Assembly: GCA_008632985.1 (NCBI GenBank)
Contig: QPGO01000167.1
Coordinates: forward strand, 124,001-171,590
Length of the DNA stretch: 47,590 nt
Source: Psammoneis japonica
Lineage: Eukaryota
Direction: 5' to 3'
A program made the position numbers and the translations under genes. The notes beneath the pieces were generated by a model. That model was not told where the DNA came from. It worked only from the letters and a program-made list of their open reading frames with translations, and made no database searches. Within the stretch, counting starts at the first letter, position 1; each line of letters starts with the position of its first letter. Positions 1 to 11,285 of this stretch are shown one piece after another.

Positions 1-3000
1 CGGCATTTTTGATGTCTTCGTTTCTCTTGTTCAGATTTCATTGGGATTCTTCACAAACCATGCGTCTGCAGACTTGAGGCTGAATCCTCGCAGCAACACA
101 TTATGATCTGATGTCACATTGAGGTGGTTCTTTGGTGTGTGCTCAAGGTCACTTGATTGACGGCCAAGAGTCAAGAGTGCAACATTTTGGTCACTTCAAC
201 AACAACAGGAAGGCTTGTTGTGACAGAATGTGACTGTGAAGAAGGCTGTGTGCTCTTGTTTCATCAATCTTGTCGGAAGTTAGGACAATGATGCCGGTGG
301 GGGTCAACGTTTTGTGCAACATCGTCGGCATTGTGCCTCACAGTGCCTCACTCTGCTGTCTGGAGGCCTTCTCTGCGACTTGCTCTTTGTCACTTTGCTC
401 TTTGTTGCTTTGCTCTTTGAAATGGATTTGGGCCAATGGCAAACCGCAAGAGTTGACAATGGTGCCTTTTAGTGCCTCACATTCTGTAGAAATTATGTCC
501 AGCAGTTTTGCGTGCTGCAGTCTCACTGCGCGCCATTGTTTCGTGCATCTTTCTGATCTCTCTGCAACTCTTGCCAGTGGATTGAATGTTGGGCACATTT
601 CTTCTGACCTTCACTGGTGTCACCCTGAGTCTTGGGTTGCCGCAGAGCAATCGCAAAATGGACAACGATTGTCACTGACAATGTTGTGGTGTCTCTCTAG
701 CTGGCAGCTCTAGCCAGTGCTGTGGCGTGTGGCGTCCTCACCGAGCTCGACATGAGATTTTGATCTTTTTTGCCGATCGAATTCGTTCCCAGCCTGATGC
801 CCGTAAATGCGCAAATTTGGCCAAATTGCATTCATTTTACGGCCGAAATTGTCAGGGTGGGAACGTGCCTCAGTGTCTCTTGTCACCCCCCGAAACAATC
901 CGAGCAAGTCATGCAAATTGGACGCTTCTCAGAATGGCTGTGCCTCATTGTCTGCACAAACAAAGAGCTGAGACAAAACATTCGATGCTTCAATGACTGA
1001 CAATGTTGCACCACTTGACAATCTTGGGGAGAATGATGTCCCTGCTGCCTGCTCTTGGGCTTCGTTTGGATGTTCAAGAACACCGGCAACCTCTCTGACC
1101 AAAACTCTTGACTGCGGTGCTTGCCGCTCATGAATGGTCGGGTGCAGTGGACAGAGAGTGCGCAATGTTGCACAGTCTGTCGTTGTCAGAGCAACATGCT
1201 TTGTCTTGTGTTTGTTGTCTTTGTGCTCAACTTTGTTGCCCAACTCTTGACAAACTTGCAAAGTTGAAGACGCAAGAACTCGGCAGCATTTTCAACCACA
1301 GCGATGATCCAACAAGTCCTGGCAGGCCAGCTTTTTTCCTCTTGATTTTTGTCATTGGTGAAGCCAACTCTCACAGCAATGTCTGCAAGTCAAGTTTCTT
1401 GATCTGCCAGCAATCCATTTCTCACATCCTTGTTCAGGGCACTCAGAGAATTGGGCCTCATTTTTCCTGCCCACAAAGCCATGAGGTGAGCAACATTGCC
1501 CACTGAAGTGCCAGTTCAAATTTTCAAGATGAGCTGTTCAAGAACATTTTGTTTGTGGCCTGTCCAGATGCTCATGTCAAGCAAGCTGGGGATGAATCAA
1601 GGCACATGCTGGGCCCACTTCTCAAGCTTTGCAATGGCCACTTTCAATGAGGTTGTAGAGAAAAAGAAGGCCAGCGGCGCACTGTTGGCCATTTTGAGGG
1701 AGTTGAGTTGAAAAAAGGTGTTTCTGATGATGGTCCAGAGTTGATGAGGATTGATGGTTGTTGGGTGAGGTCAGCCTGTGGTGTTTCACAAGCTGAGTCC
1801 ACTGTCTTCAGGCACAAGGAAAATGAGACAATGGGAGGTCTGTTCCATGTGGCTCCAAGGAGAGAGACGTGTGTTGTCAACTTTCCTGTCAAGAACTCCA
1901 AAAGTCAGTCAGAAAATGCTGATGACCCAGTTCCCAGTTTTGTGCAACAGCGCAACAACTGCGCACAAGCTCCAGGGGGGGGGGGGCAGCTGAGAGACCC
2001 TGGCTGTCAACAACTTTGGCCTCAGAAACAACAACTGGGTGGGGTTGTGCAGTTTGATGGCAGGAAAACAAAGGGCATGTTGCTGGCATTGAATGAACTC
2101 TTTGGTTGCTTCAGGCACATCAGAGGGCTCTCCAAGAAGGCTCTCAGAGGCTCGCCCTGCTGCAAATGACTGTGAAAGGCACAACAGCCAAAGATTGCAA
2201 TCATTGGACATTGATTTTTGTCAACAAAGCAACAACCCAGGCTTGCATTGTGTGATTGTCCTTGTCAGGCATGGAAACAAGGGGTTGAGTTCTTGTTTGT
2301 GTGTGCATGATCCTTGGTTTACAACAAAGCACAAAATCCAAAAATTCATCTCAACAGAAAATGTGGTGGGCTCACAATTGTCACAGCAACAGCTTGAAGT
2401 GGGGTTGCTTCTTTGAGGCAGGCAACTTCCTTGGTCTGTCTTGTTTGTGAGCTCAGGACTCTGTCATGGTGCAGAAATCAGCTGATCTGGTCCTGACTGG
2501 GGGTGGGTCAAAAGCAGATGGGAGACACACAAGGTCAGGACTTTGCTCTTCATCAAGGTCCAGGTCAGAATTTTCAACTGAGTTTTTCAAGTGCATGGAG
2601 TGCCAGAACAATGCTGCACACCTCATCTGTTGTGAGGGGATGGTGGAGAGGGCTCAAATTTGTGTCTGAGACCTGCAAGGCATTTGGTTGCTTTCATTTT
2701 GCCCCAAGGAGGTTGGCCATGATGTTGTTCCAAGGCGTCTTGTCTTGGTCAGGTGCGCATGAAGCCACAGACTCTCAGGCAGCACACTTGGCCATCTCTC
2801 AGGCCGCTGCACATTGCAGTGGAGTGGGTGCATGAGAAAGTGCAGCCTTGCCTGCAGCACTGCTTCATCACATTTTACAGTGTGTTTTTTCTCCTGCATT
2901 GTACCATCCTTCTCCTTGGCTTGTTTGCTCTTTTTGCTTTTTGGCTCACTGGGCTGGGCCTCTGATTCTTGTAAACTTGACACAGGAGGGCTTTGGGGTT

Positions 3001-3650
3001 GTGCTTTTGATTTCCTTGCTTTTCCTTTTTTTGCTCTGCTTTGGCAGCAATGTCTTTTGTGAATGTCCCCAGCAAACCTTGGAGTTTTTTTCGCTCATTT
3101 TGCAAGCTGTTGCTCGATGCAATCAGGCCCAACCTTTCTCCTGAACTTTGTGCACAGTCCACTCCTCAACAGGAGATGGCACAATTGGCTCATCTTTGAG
3201 GGCAGAGAGCAGCAGCAGCAGCATTTGCAGCCTTGAGTGGCTCATGCTTCTTCAACATGGCAGCTGTCTTGGCATTTGCAGATTTCAGCTGCTCTTGCTT
3301 GTGCAGCGAGCTCTGGAAACCAGGTGAGACAGCCTCAAAATTGACTCATTTTTGGAGTGTGGCTGTTTCCATCTGCTTCTGGTTGCTTTGGGCATGCAGG
3401 TTGCTGTGCTGTCTTCAGGCTTTGACGTCAAGAGAAGCTCCTGAGAATCTTGGGGCAGAGCTCTTCTTGGGATGGGGGTTCTTCTGGCACTGCTTGGCAG
3501 TCAAGCTGGTGTGAAATTTCTCAGATGACTTGGTTGTGATAGCAACACTGAGGCAGACATTGCAGAAGTTGTTGACACCCAATCTGGTCAAGTGCTTGTA
3601 GCAAAGAACATCCCTCCAAGGCATCTTTTGGGGCAATGGTCAGTGGTGCT
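1..3650. mobile_element. TpA-depleted decayed repeat/transposon block, family not identified (runs off left edge)
   Basis: Very few TA dinucleotides in 3.6 kb, strong TG/CA excess, many short Cys/His-rich Tyr-free ORFs in all frames. Same signature as the recognisable TEs elsewhere in the window. No transposase motif confidently recognised. Confidence 0.5.
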
Positions 3651-3996
3651 TTTCTTTTCATTTTCAGCCACATGGTGTGGTAGACCATGCCATCTCGAAA
3701 ACGCGACTTTAAATGTTCATTTTTATTATTTATGGAGAGCGGAAAACCAATAATCCCCCCCGCTAATCACCCTTTTGTCCGTCAATAGCCCCAACTGTCA
3801 TTCTTTGATTTCAGACATTTTTCCACTCACAAACCGCACTCGAAAACGCGAAGCGCAAGAGAGAAGACGAAAGGCAACACGAATACAAATCAGGAAACAA
3901 CAGATCATCAAGTGATACAAACCAAAAAGTCTACAAATAGATTAACAGGAATATTAGAGCAATCTCGATATCGTAAGACCGTGGGACCAAGGAATC

Positions 3997-5859
3997 ATGA
4001 TTATGTCCAGGTGTTTCACTTTGACATTCGTCGCGGCATTCATCGCTTCTTCCTTAGCACAAAACGCGACGAAGCCAAATTTCATCCTCATCATGACGGA
4101 TGATCAGGGTATGGATGATTATGGCTTTCGCCAGCCGCCGCTGGAGACGCCAAACTTGGACAAGCTAATGAAAGATGGAGTGCAATTCGCCCGATTCTAC
4201 ACGGGAACCGCATGCGCTCCGACCCGGTCTCAGCTAATGACAGGAAGGCACTTTCTGCGTACGGGAACAGTTGGAGTAGGTTTCGGGAGAGATGCACCAC
4301 ATCTGAATGAGTATATGCTTGGAGAGGCCCTTCAGGATGCCGGATATGTTACTGGCATGGTCGGCAAGTGGAATCTCGGAACCTCAGATGCTGAATTGCC
4401 CCATCGACGTGGCTTCAACGAAACATGGGAACTGACAGAAGCAGAAGTTCGTAAGCGCGGCAAATACGAACACTTCAATGCACCTTTTGCTCAAAACGGT
4501 GTACCTCGTGGTATTGAGCCAGGCTGGCAGGTTGAGCGCGTCACAGACAAAGCACTCCGTTTCATTAGCCGCAACAAGGAAGAACCATTTTTTCTTTACA
4601 TTCCTTACGCACAGCCACATGAACCGTGGCTATGCCGAAAGGAACTTCAAGAAAAATACATTGAAAAAGGCATCGGAGAATCGTATGCTATGCTCCTTGG
4701 TATGCTAGAGCAAATGGATATCCAAGTTGGGCGAATTCTTGATGCACTGGAGCGGTATCGTCTCTCTCACAAAACCATGCTAATCTACTTTGGCGACAAC
4801 GGTCCCACTCCAGAGACAAGACTCCTCGCTCAGGATTCAGATGGTAACTTCAAGCCAACTGGCGAAACATATGAAATGAACGACACAGAATGGGCGGCAC
4901 GCAATCCGACAGGTTTGCGATCCAAGAAGGCAACCTGTTGGGAGAACGCTGTTCGCAACCGGCTCTCCTTTTATTGTCCGGCAAGACTTAACGCCAAAAT
5001 TGTCCAAGACATGACCATTGTATATGACATTTTTCCGACGTTACTAGATTTGGCCGGACAATACCAACGTTACAAGAGCAAAAGTGGTGTGCCACACTTG
5101 GATGGCCAAAGTTTCCGGCGCTTGCTTTTTCAAGACAACCCCGGCTGGACGCAAGACCGTGAATACCTTGTTGCAAGACTCGGACAACCTGCTAAACATC
5201 TAGCTCCGGATGGCTGGTACTACCGCTTCACTAAGGAGTATTCTTTTCGATTAGGAAAGTCGGAATGCGCACTCGTTTCAGGTCCCTGGGTGGTCGTCAA
5301 CGAAGAAGGTGCATGGAGTTTGTACGACCTTTCGAGTGATCCCGGTCAGGAGAACGACCTCAAAACGGTCCTGCCTGAAAAGTTTCTTCAAATGGCAAAC
5401 AGATTTTATTCTGTGCTGCATGATGTAAGCCACGATACCCATTCGTGGTCGAACCCAATCCAAGTAATTGGACTTCCAGGCATTGAACAGCCATACTTGG
5501 AGATGTGTTATGTGTATCGCTTCAAGGGTAGGAACAAAGTCGATTGGTTTTATACGTTCTTCGAAGAGGTTGGGGCCAGTCAGGATCTGGCAGTTCGTGT
5601 GCTCGAGTCCGGCACATACAATGTGATGCTTCGCACAGTGCGTGCTCCTTTGCGTACCATGGTTCAGTTCCATGTCGGGGAACAGAAAAAGATTTCCTTT
5701 CTCAACAAGTACGGCCGCATGCATCACCTTGGTAAGTTTGACTTTGAAAAGGGAAGCTATAACATTGGAATGACCATTGTTGAGTCGGGAAACCTTGCAC
5801 AACTCCAGAGAATGGCTGTCTTCAGTGTCCTCTTGAACAAAGTGACCGGGGAGACGTAA
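3997..5859 (+). CDS. Secreted formylglycine-dependent (S1) arylsulfatase, intronless, 620 aa
   Basis: Signal peptide, PNFILIMTDDQG, catalytic CAPTR (CxPxR) followed by LMTGR, GYVTGMVGKWNLG, PHEP, GDNG, K-x-x-x-WE and LYDLSSDPGQENDL motifs. Normal TA/Tyr content. Confidence 0.95.
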   Translation: MIMSRCFTLTFVAAFIASSLAQNATKPNFILIMTDDQGMDDYGFRQPPLETPNLDKLMKDGVQFARFYTGTACAPTRSQLMTGRHFLRTGTVGVGFGRDAPHLNEYMLGEALQDAGYVTGMVGKWNLGTSDAELPHRRGFNETWELTEAEVRKRGKYEHFNAPFAQNGVPRGIEPGWQVERVTDKALRFISRNKEEPFFLYIPYAQPHEPWLCRKELQEKYIEKGIGESYAMLLGMLEQMDIQVGRILDALERYRLSHKTMLIYFGDNGPTPETRLLAQDSDGNFKPTGETYEMNDTEWAARNPTGLRSKKATCWENAVRNRLSFYCPARLNAKIVQDMTIVYDIFPTLLDLAGQYQRYKSKSGVPHLDGQSFRRLLFQDNPGWTQDREYLVARLGQPAKHLAPDGWYYRFTKEYSFRLGKSECALVSGPWVVVNEEGAWSLYDLSSDPGQENDLKTVLPEKFLQMANRFYSVLHDVSHDTHSWSNPIQVIGLPGIEQPYLEMCYVYRFKGRNKVDWFYTFFEEVGASQDLAVRVLESGTYNVMLRTVRAPLRTMVQFHVGEQKKISFLNKYGRMHHLGKFDFEKGSYNIGMTIVESGNLAQLQRMAVFSVLLNKVTGET

Positions 5860-6929
5860 TCATTACTGCAGCATAGAATGGATAGTGTCACATGCCTTCA
5901 TTCGCTTTAGTCGCCATTACTTCATATCAAAATTTACATAAACTCCTACTTTCAAACACCATGAACTTTCTTTTCCTTGGGAGGAGCCGGAGTACCTTGT
6001 GCGCTTGTGGTTATCACGATCGAGACTTTGTTTGCACCTCTTTTGACGTGCCACATTAAAAGGGGCCGTGTCTAGCTACTAGGCCCTATTATTGATAGTC
6101 ACAATTCGTCAATCCCAACAATCCCGTGACTGCACAGGCGCTTCGGACAACATCAACCGGAACCATCCTGGGCCTGGAGATCCTGTCCCCTTTCTAACAG
6201 CCAACACTTTATCAAAATGTGTCGGCAGCTTTCAAAAATTGTGAGTGACTCGTAAGTTTCTTTCCAGCAAAAAAGACAAACTTGTGTCACCATTTGAGCA
6301 GGAAAACGGGCAAATCAATATATGGAAAGGAATATGTTGGCGAAACATCACCCCTGTTGCTCCTCGACGTTCGATGTCAGATCGGTGTCAACATGCCATA
6401 CCAAAGTAGCACCAACCGACGGGCAAGCATGATGTTCCGGTTCAAACCGTTACAGTTCGTGTGCGGTTGCGTTGTGTTGGGGACGTCTTCGGAAGTGAGA
6501 CTGTCGAAGAAAGTTACGTAGAATTTGTACTAAAACAGTCTGTCAATCAGTGCGATAGGGGTATTTGGGATGCGCTGGACAGATCCTACGTGTTTTTTTG
6601 TGCGTACAAATTGTACTGGGAAAACCCCCAAACGCACTGGCGATCAGACCGCCTTCGTCGATCTCACTTCCAAAGACGCCCCCCAGTGTTGTGGCTGGTG
6701 TTTTATTGCAAAAGAAGGCTCGATCGGCATCTTCTGCGCGAGCGCACTCCATGCGACGCACGACGATCGAGCGCTCATGCACTCCATCCACTCTAATCTA
6801 ACAAAAATGGAAACGCACTTCACCAAGTGATCTCATCGAGCCATCATCTGAGCCTTTGGTGTCTCGCACCGCTGCCCTTCTGAACCCCGAACCCCCACTC
6901 ATGTTGAACATGAAGTCTTCTGGAATTGT

Positions 6930-7140
6930 TCACACTTGGCACACACAGAGTGCGCTGCAGCTCTCCTCATGCTGGGCCTTTTCAGAAGTGCTGGGCAAGG
7001 GATGCTTCTGTGTGCATGTCTCACCAGGGCAGCACAGTTGCTCATGATGCCACTCAGTCAGAGGTTTTTTTTGCACCTTTGGCACAATGATTTTGTCCCA
7101 ACAGCACATCAGCTGTCGTGATGGATCTCCCCCAGGAAGT
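6930..7140 (-). pseudogene. Ty3/Gypsy integrase zinc-binding (H2C2) fragment
   Basis: Minus strand reads GG..RQLMCCWDKIIVPKVQKKPLTEWHHEQLCCPGET, then after a frameshift TEASLAQHF, matching the KIVVP..LQ..I.EWYH..LCHPGETRTE.TI.QHF pattern recalled for Gypsy pol; WYH has become WHH. Confidence 0.6.
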
Positions 7141-7908
7141 GCGTTGCTGTTGTGGACAGAGTGTGCTGCTGTCGTGCGCTCAGCAACGCGTGCTTGCCTT
7201 TCTGCTGCTCCAGCTTTGTTTGCTGTTTGAAGCTTGCCAGTGGAGCTGAAATGCATCCAAAGCAAATGCTTCATGCAGAAGATGCAGAAGATGTGTGTCT
7301 GGCATCTTGAAGACAGCAGGATTGCACTCGGAACCCAAACTTGGTTCCAGCACCCAGATGACTGAAGGGCATCTGCAACCAGGCCACACAGAAAACACAT
7401 CCCCCCCAAGTTGGGGCCCATCTTGGGGGACCCTTTTCACCCTCAACATGTCCTGCCCCTGCACCCCTCCGCTGCCACATGTTGAGGGGTCATGCCACAA
7501 CTTGAGGGTTTCCCGCCCCATTTGCACCATCTTGAGTGTCCCCGTGTCAAGGCATGTCACTTGCCCTGTGTCTCCATTGCATCATTCTGCAATGTAAGAT
7601 TTTCCTTGTGCATGACTGTGCAACATCATCCCATGACATCATTCTGCAATGTCAGATTTCTTTTGCATGACAGCATGATGTCACATCACAAATGCCAGAT
7701 TTGCCGCTCCTCAAGAACTGACCCAGCCAGATTGAGTGTTTGTGCTTTTTTCTCCATGGAACAACCACCTCCTGGCTCAAATCTGACATTGCGCAACACA
7801 GTGCATGTCCACTGGAGAGAGATTGTCAGCCTCACCATTTTGTTTTTTGGCAACACCACACACACCGTTGCACCGCCATCACAACCACTCTTTGCAGCTG
7901 ACACCACA

Positions 7909-8304
7909 GACGCGTTCCAGCCCTAGGTGGGAGCTCGTAGTACTGACGTGTGACAACAATAATTTTTATCATCCGTCGTATGTTTCGTACGTAGATTTCT
8001 ACGTGTGATATTTAAAAAAAATTGTCCAGACTCGCTGTTTTGCGAAGCCCCAGACGTTTTATATAACAAATTTATAGAAACAATAATGCGCCAGTTACAT
8101 TCTTCAATGTCTGAAGAATGTAACTGGCTAAGTAAAAAATGATGTACTTCAATCATGTGCGAGTTTGTGCGTTCGCAAAATTGCCTCATTTTCTGTTGGC
8201 GATCATTGACATTTTAATTACCGTATAATTTTACTACGGAGCTCGCACGTAGAAGTCTACGGGCCCAATGTCACACGGATTCCCACCTACGTCTGGAACG
8301 CGTC
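7909..8304. mobile_element. 396-bp MITE, copy 1 (unmutated)
   Basis: TIRs GACGCGTTCCAG...CTGGAACGCGTC extending imperfectly to about 24 bp; 4-bp TSD CACA (7905-7908 / 8305-8308); central 17-bp-arm hairpin at 8090-8128; second copy at 40833-41228. Confidence 0.92.
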
Positions 8305-9690
8305 CACATGCCTTTGATTGCACTCTTTCTTGCTCTTCACTCACTCAGATTGATCCTCACAGTTGGACTCTGCAGGGCACACTTTGAAGAGTTCTGGGTG
8401 AACAACATTGAGCACTTCTCCATGCTGCTGTCTCTGTGCACTGCACCCATCTTTGCTTGCTGAACAAACATCTGCTGCTCATTCTTCTTCATTTCTGTCA
8501 AAGCCTCACCTGCTGCACCTCTTTTCTTTTCCCGCACCATCTTCATCAATGTTGCCCTTGCTTTCTTGGTTGCCTGCGTGAACAACATTTGCAACAAAAG
8601 GAAGCGACAATGCAAGGCACACATGTGGCACACACTTGCCTCTTCAGTGTCATTGTCCTCCTCCACCAGCTTGGTTTCCCATTCTGCATCATGAAGCAAA
8701 CCTTGCAGCTTCAATCTTGATCATTTCTCTTGTCTGTGGTGTCCAGCCCATTCATTGTCCATGTTTTGATCTGGCCATGATGGTTTGGGGGTTCTGGTTG
8801 TTGGTGCCGTTCATGCAGGAAGGATGACTGAGTCTGCCCCAAACAGCACTCCACTGCAGTTGTTCATGCTTTGTGTCCAATGTTCAGTGGAAAAGTTGAT
8901 TTGTGTGTTGGTTGCAGCTCCATCGGATGTGTCCTTGGCAGTTTTCAAAGTTTTCACGGTTGCTGTTTGCAGGTGCTGGAAATGTTCATCGTTGAAGTTC
9001 TCAATTTTAAATTTGAACAATGACAGGGGGTGTTTATGTTCCTGATCCTTTTGAAGGACCATTGCCTCAAGAGTTCATCATCAATCTTGTTCAAAGCCGG
9101 CCCAATCTTCGTTGGCTTAGAAGTGATCTGCTATTGGCTGAAAACCAGGCCATGTTGCAGAATAAGAGAACCGACATCGAGTTTGTGTCGAAATAATAAG
9201 GATGTAGCGTACGGCAGGCGTAAAGTGGGTGTAGTGTGTGGAATAGATATTTTATGACACAAACCAGTGTCTATACACCTCTACAAATAATCATGTTTTC
9301 TTTTTTAACCGTGTGTGCAATAAGATGATTAGCTGGATACAATCGAGCCAAACGTTTTTGAGACGTTCGATCGACTCCTCGTCCCATCATCAGACACATA
9401 CAGTATACCACAAACTTTTTTTCGGCATTATGAGAGAAGGTGGATATATAGGAAGAGAGGAATGTTTCTGGGGAAAGCCTGTTTTGTAAACAAAAACATG
9501 GTTGCGTGAGTGCAAATGTTCAGTTTCTCTGGCGGTTCCTTATTGCGTGTCTCTTTCGTCTATCGTGTTGTGCGCCGCCGGCTCCCTCGTCGCGCACTCG
9601 TGTGCTGTTTATGTTCTGGACGCGATTGGTTCTCTTTGTGCTGCTCCTCGGTGGACAGTGTTCTAATGGTCACACACACACTTGTGCTTT

Positions 9691-10917
9691 TTACAAACAA
9701 AAATCTTGAAATCGTTCATTCAAGAGTTCGGAAATGTAACTTGCCGTTTCTTCCACGGCTCGTCCCGTGACATCAATTTCCGTCCAACCATGTTTGGTTG
9801 CCAAGTCTCGTGCGTGTTGCAAATCCTTTTGCAAATAGGCCCGATCGGCATAATTGGAAGAATGCGATGATTCATCTTGTGCAGCACTGCCCATGCGTTC
9901 CAACCGACTCGTGCGTATTTTACGCAAGGCCGACGGTGCAATGGTTAAACAAAAGACACGTTGTGAATCAATACTGTCTTGAAAGAGTTCCTGGGGCGGC
10001 ATGCATTCCACTACGAGCGGTACATTGGCTACCTTGAATCCCATGGTTTGCGATAACACGACGGAAAGGGGCGTCTTGCCCGTGCGACTCACGCCGACCA
10101 AGACAACGTGCGCTTCTCTCAACAACCACGGACGTTGACCGTCATCCGTTTTCAAGGTGAATTCGACCGCCTGAATGCGACGAAAGTACAAGTCAGTCAG
10201 GGTATTTTTGGACTTTTGTACATTTTCTCCTCGTGGTATTCCAATCGGCGTCGCTTCGAGATAATTGGAAAGAGCCATTAACGTGGGTCCCAACAAGTCA
10301 ATCACGGGCACGCTGTTGGATTCACACGTTTCCACAACGTAATCCCTCAAGGTTGGATCCACCATGGTAAACACCACGAGCGCCTTCTTTTCAACGGCGG
10401 CTTGGACAATTTGTGCCACCGCTGCAGGGCCCTTGATGAATGTAAAGGAACGAATCGATATAATGCAGCTTGCTTTACCACTTTCTTTAAAATCATTGGT
10501 GCAATTGTCATCAAATTGTGTCAATGTCTTTTCCACAGCAGCCTTGGCGGTGACGCCCGTCGAATCGGAAATGATAAAGATAAATTTTGTAGCCTTGTTG
10601 TAATTTCCATATTTGAGCAACAAATCACACGGAATGTCATCGTCTTCATCATCATCCTCGTCTTGATCCATATAGAGTGGAGCGAGATTGCTATAGTCCG
10701 TATTGTCTGCTGCTAAAATATCAACATCATTCTCATTTGCTGCTTCGTGTTGTCCCAAAGTTGTGAGACGACGAGTATCATGATGACTTGGTGTCCGCAG
10801 AAAAGACAACGGAGAAAAACCATGGACAGTATTTAAGTGTTCCACCACTAGCCAGAGCCATACAAAATACGTGGTTTGGCGTTTCTTCGAGTGGCTGCTG
10901 CAAGAAAACATCATCAT
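9691..10917 (-). CDS. PDRP: Pyruvate phosphate dikinase regulatory protein (bifunctional kinase/pyrophosphorylase, DUF299), probably plastid-targeted
   Basis: IISDSTGVTA, YFRRIQAVEFTLKTDDG, LVGVSRTGKTPLS P-loop, KVANVPL and IDVTGRAVEETA motifs. Likely start MMMFSC at 10917, with hydrophobic stretch then VHG-FSP (ASAF-like). Confidence 0.93.
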   Translation of the reverse strand: MMMFSCSSHSKKRQTTYFVWLWLVVEHLNTVHGFSPLSFLRTPSHHDTRRLTTLGQHEAANENDVDILAADNTDYSNLAPLYMDQDEDDDEDDDIPCDLLLKYGNYNKATKFIFIISDSTGVTAKAAVEKTLTQFDDNCTNDFKESGKASCIISIRSFTFIKGPAAVAQIVQAAVEKKALVVFTMVDPTLRDYVVETCESNSVPVIDLLGPTLMALSNYLEATPIGIPRGENVQKSKNTLTDLYFRRIQAVEFTLKTDDGQRPWLLREAHVVLVGVSRTGKTPLSVVLSQTMGFKVANVPLVVECMPPQELFQDSIDSQRVFCLTIAPSALRKIRTSRLERMGSAAQDESSHSSNYADRAYLQKDLQHARDLATKHGWTEIDVTGRAVEETASYISELLNERFQDFCL

Positions 10918-11285
10918 GGCGAAAGTTCGTTGAAGCAGGTCAGAAGTGCGTGGTGTCGCGATTCGCGATCTTATTTTTTCGAAAAGATCTTGTCGCGCGA
11001 CTTGATGCGCGGTTGAACGCGTCACGATTCTGCTCTTGACACCGATCTTCTGTCGAATCAACGAATGCTTTAAGGATAGTGACGTCATCTTTCAGATTAC
11101 GTCATTATGATGTCACAAGATCATATGGATTTCTTCGTCACTGAGTACATTGGATGGACACGTCAGTCGGTGTCAATCCATCAAAAAAGAAGATCGGCAC
11201 TTTTGTTTTGTTCTCGTGCTTTCGGTCATTGTTTTTAGAAAAAATAGAAAACCCATCAGCCATCATCAACGATTGTAGTTTCACC

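Larger units (their letters stand above)
6870..9100. mobile_element. TpA-depleted nested TE/pseudogene block containing a Gypsy fragment and an intact MITE
   Basis: TA depletion on both sides of the MITE at 7909-8304; fragmented ORFs; boundaries approximate. Confidence 0.55.

Noticed and set aside
1640..2360. Possible Ulp1/C48 protease remnant on minus strand (DEFLDF, WSLCAVV, PQNGQQC)
   Set aside because: Motifs lie in different frames and catalytic residues are not clear; needs an HMM search on TA-restored sequence.
270..3636. Dozens of 60-150 aa ORFs in this and the other TA-depleted blocks as genes
   Set aside because: Explained by loss of TAA/TAG; overlapping in all frames, Tyr-free, no recognisable motifs.
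6050..6860. Gene or defined element end between the sulfatase and the Gypsy fragment
   Set aside because: Only short ORFs without motifs and no partner TIR or LTR found in the window.
7909..8304. Classical RIP (CpA>TpA) making the TA-rich copies
   Set aside because: TA-rich copies have perfect palindromes, TIRs and identical motifs; TA-poor copies show both CA and TG at the same site and have lost conserved Tyr codons.
10918..11285. Upstream starts at 11088 (PDRP) and 11154 (PPDK) from the ORF track
   Set aside because: Downstream ATGs directly precede signal peptides; the extensions look like promoter/UTR sequence.
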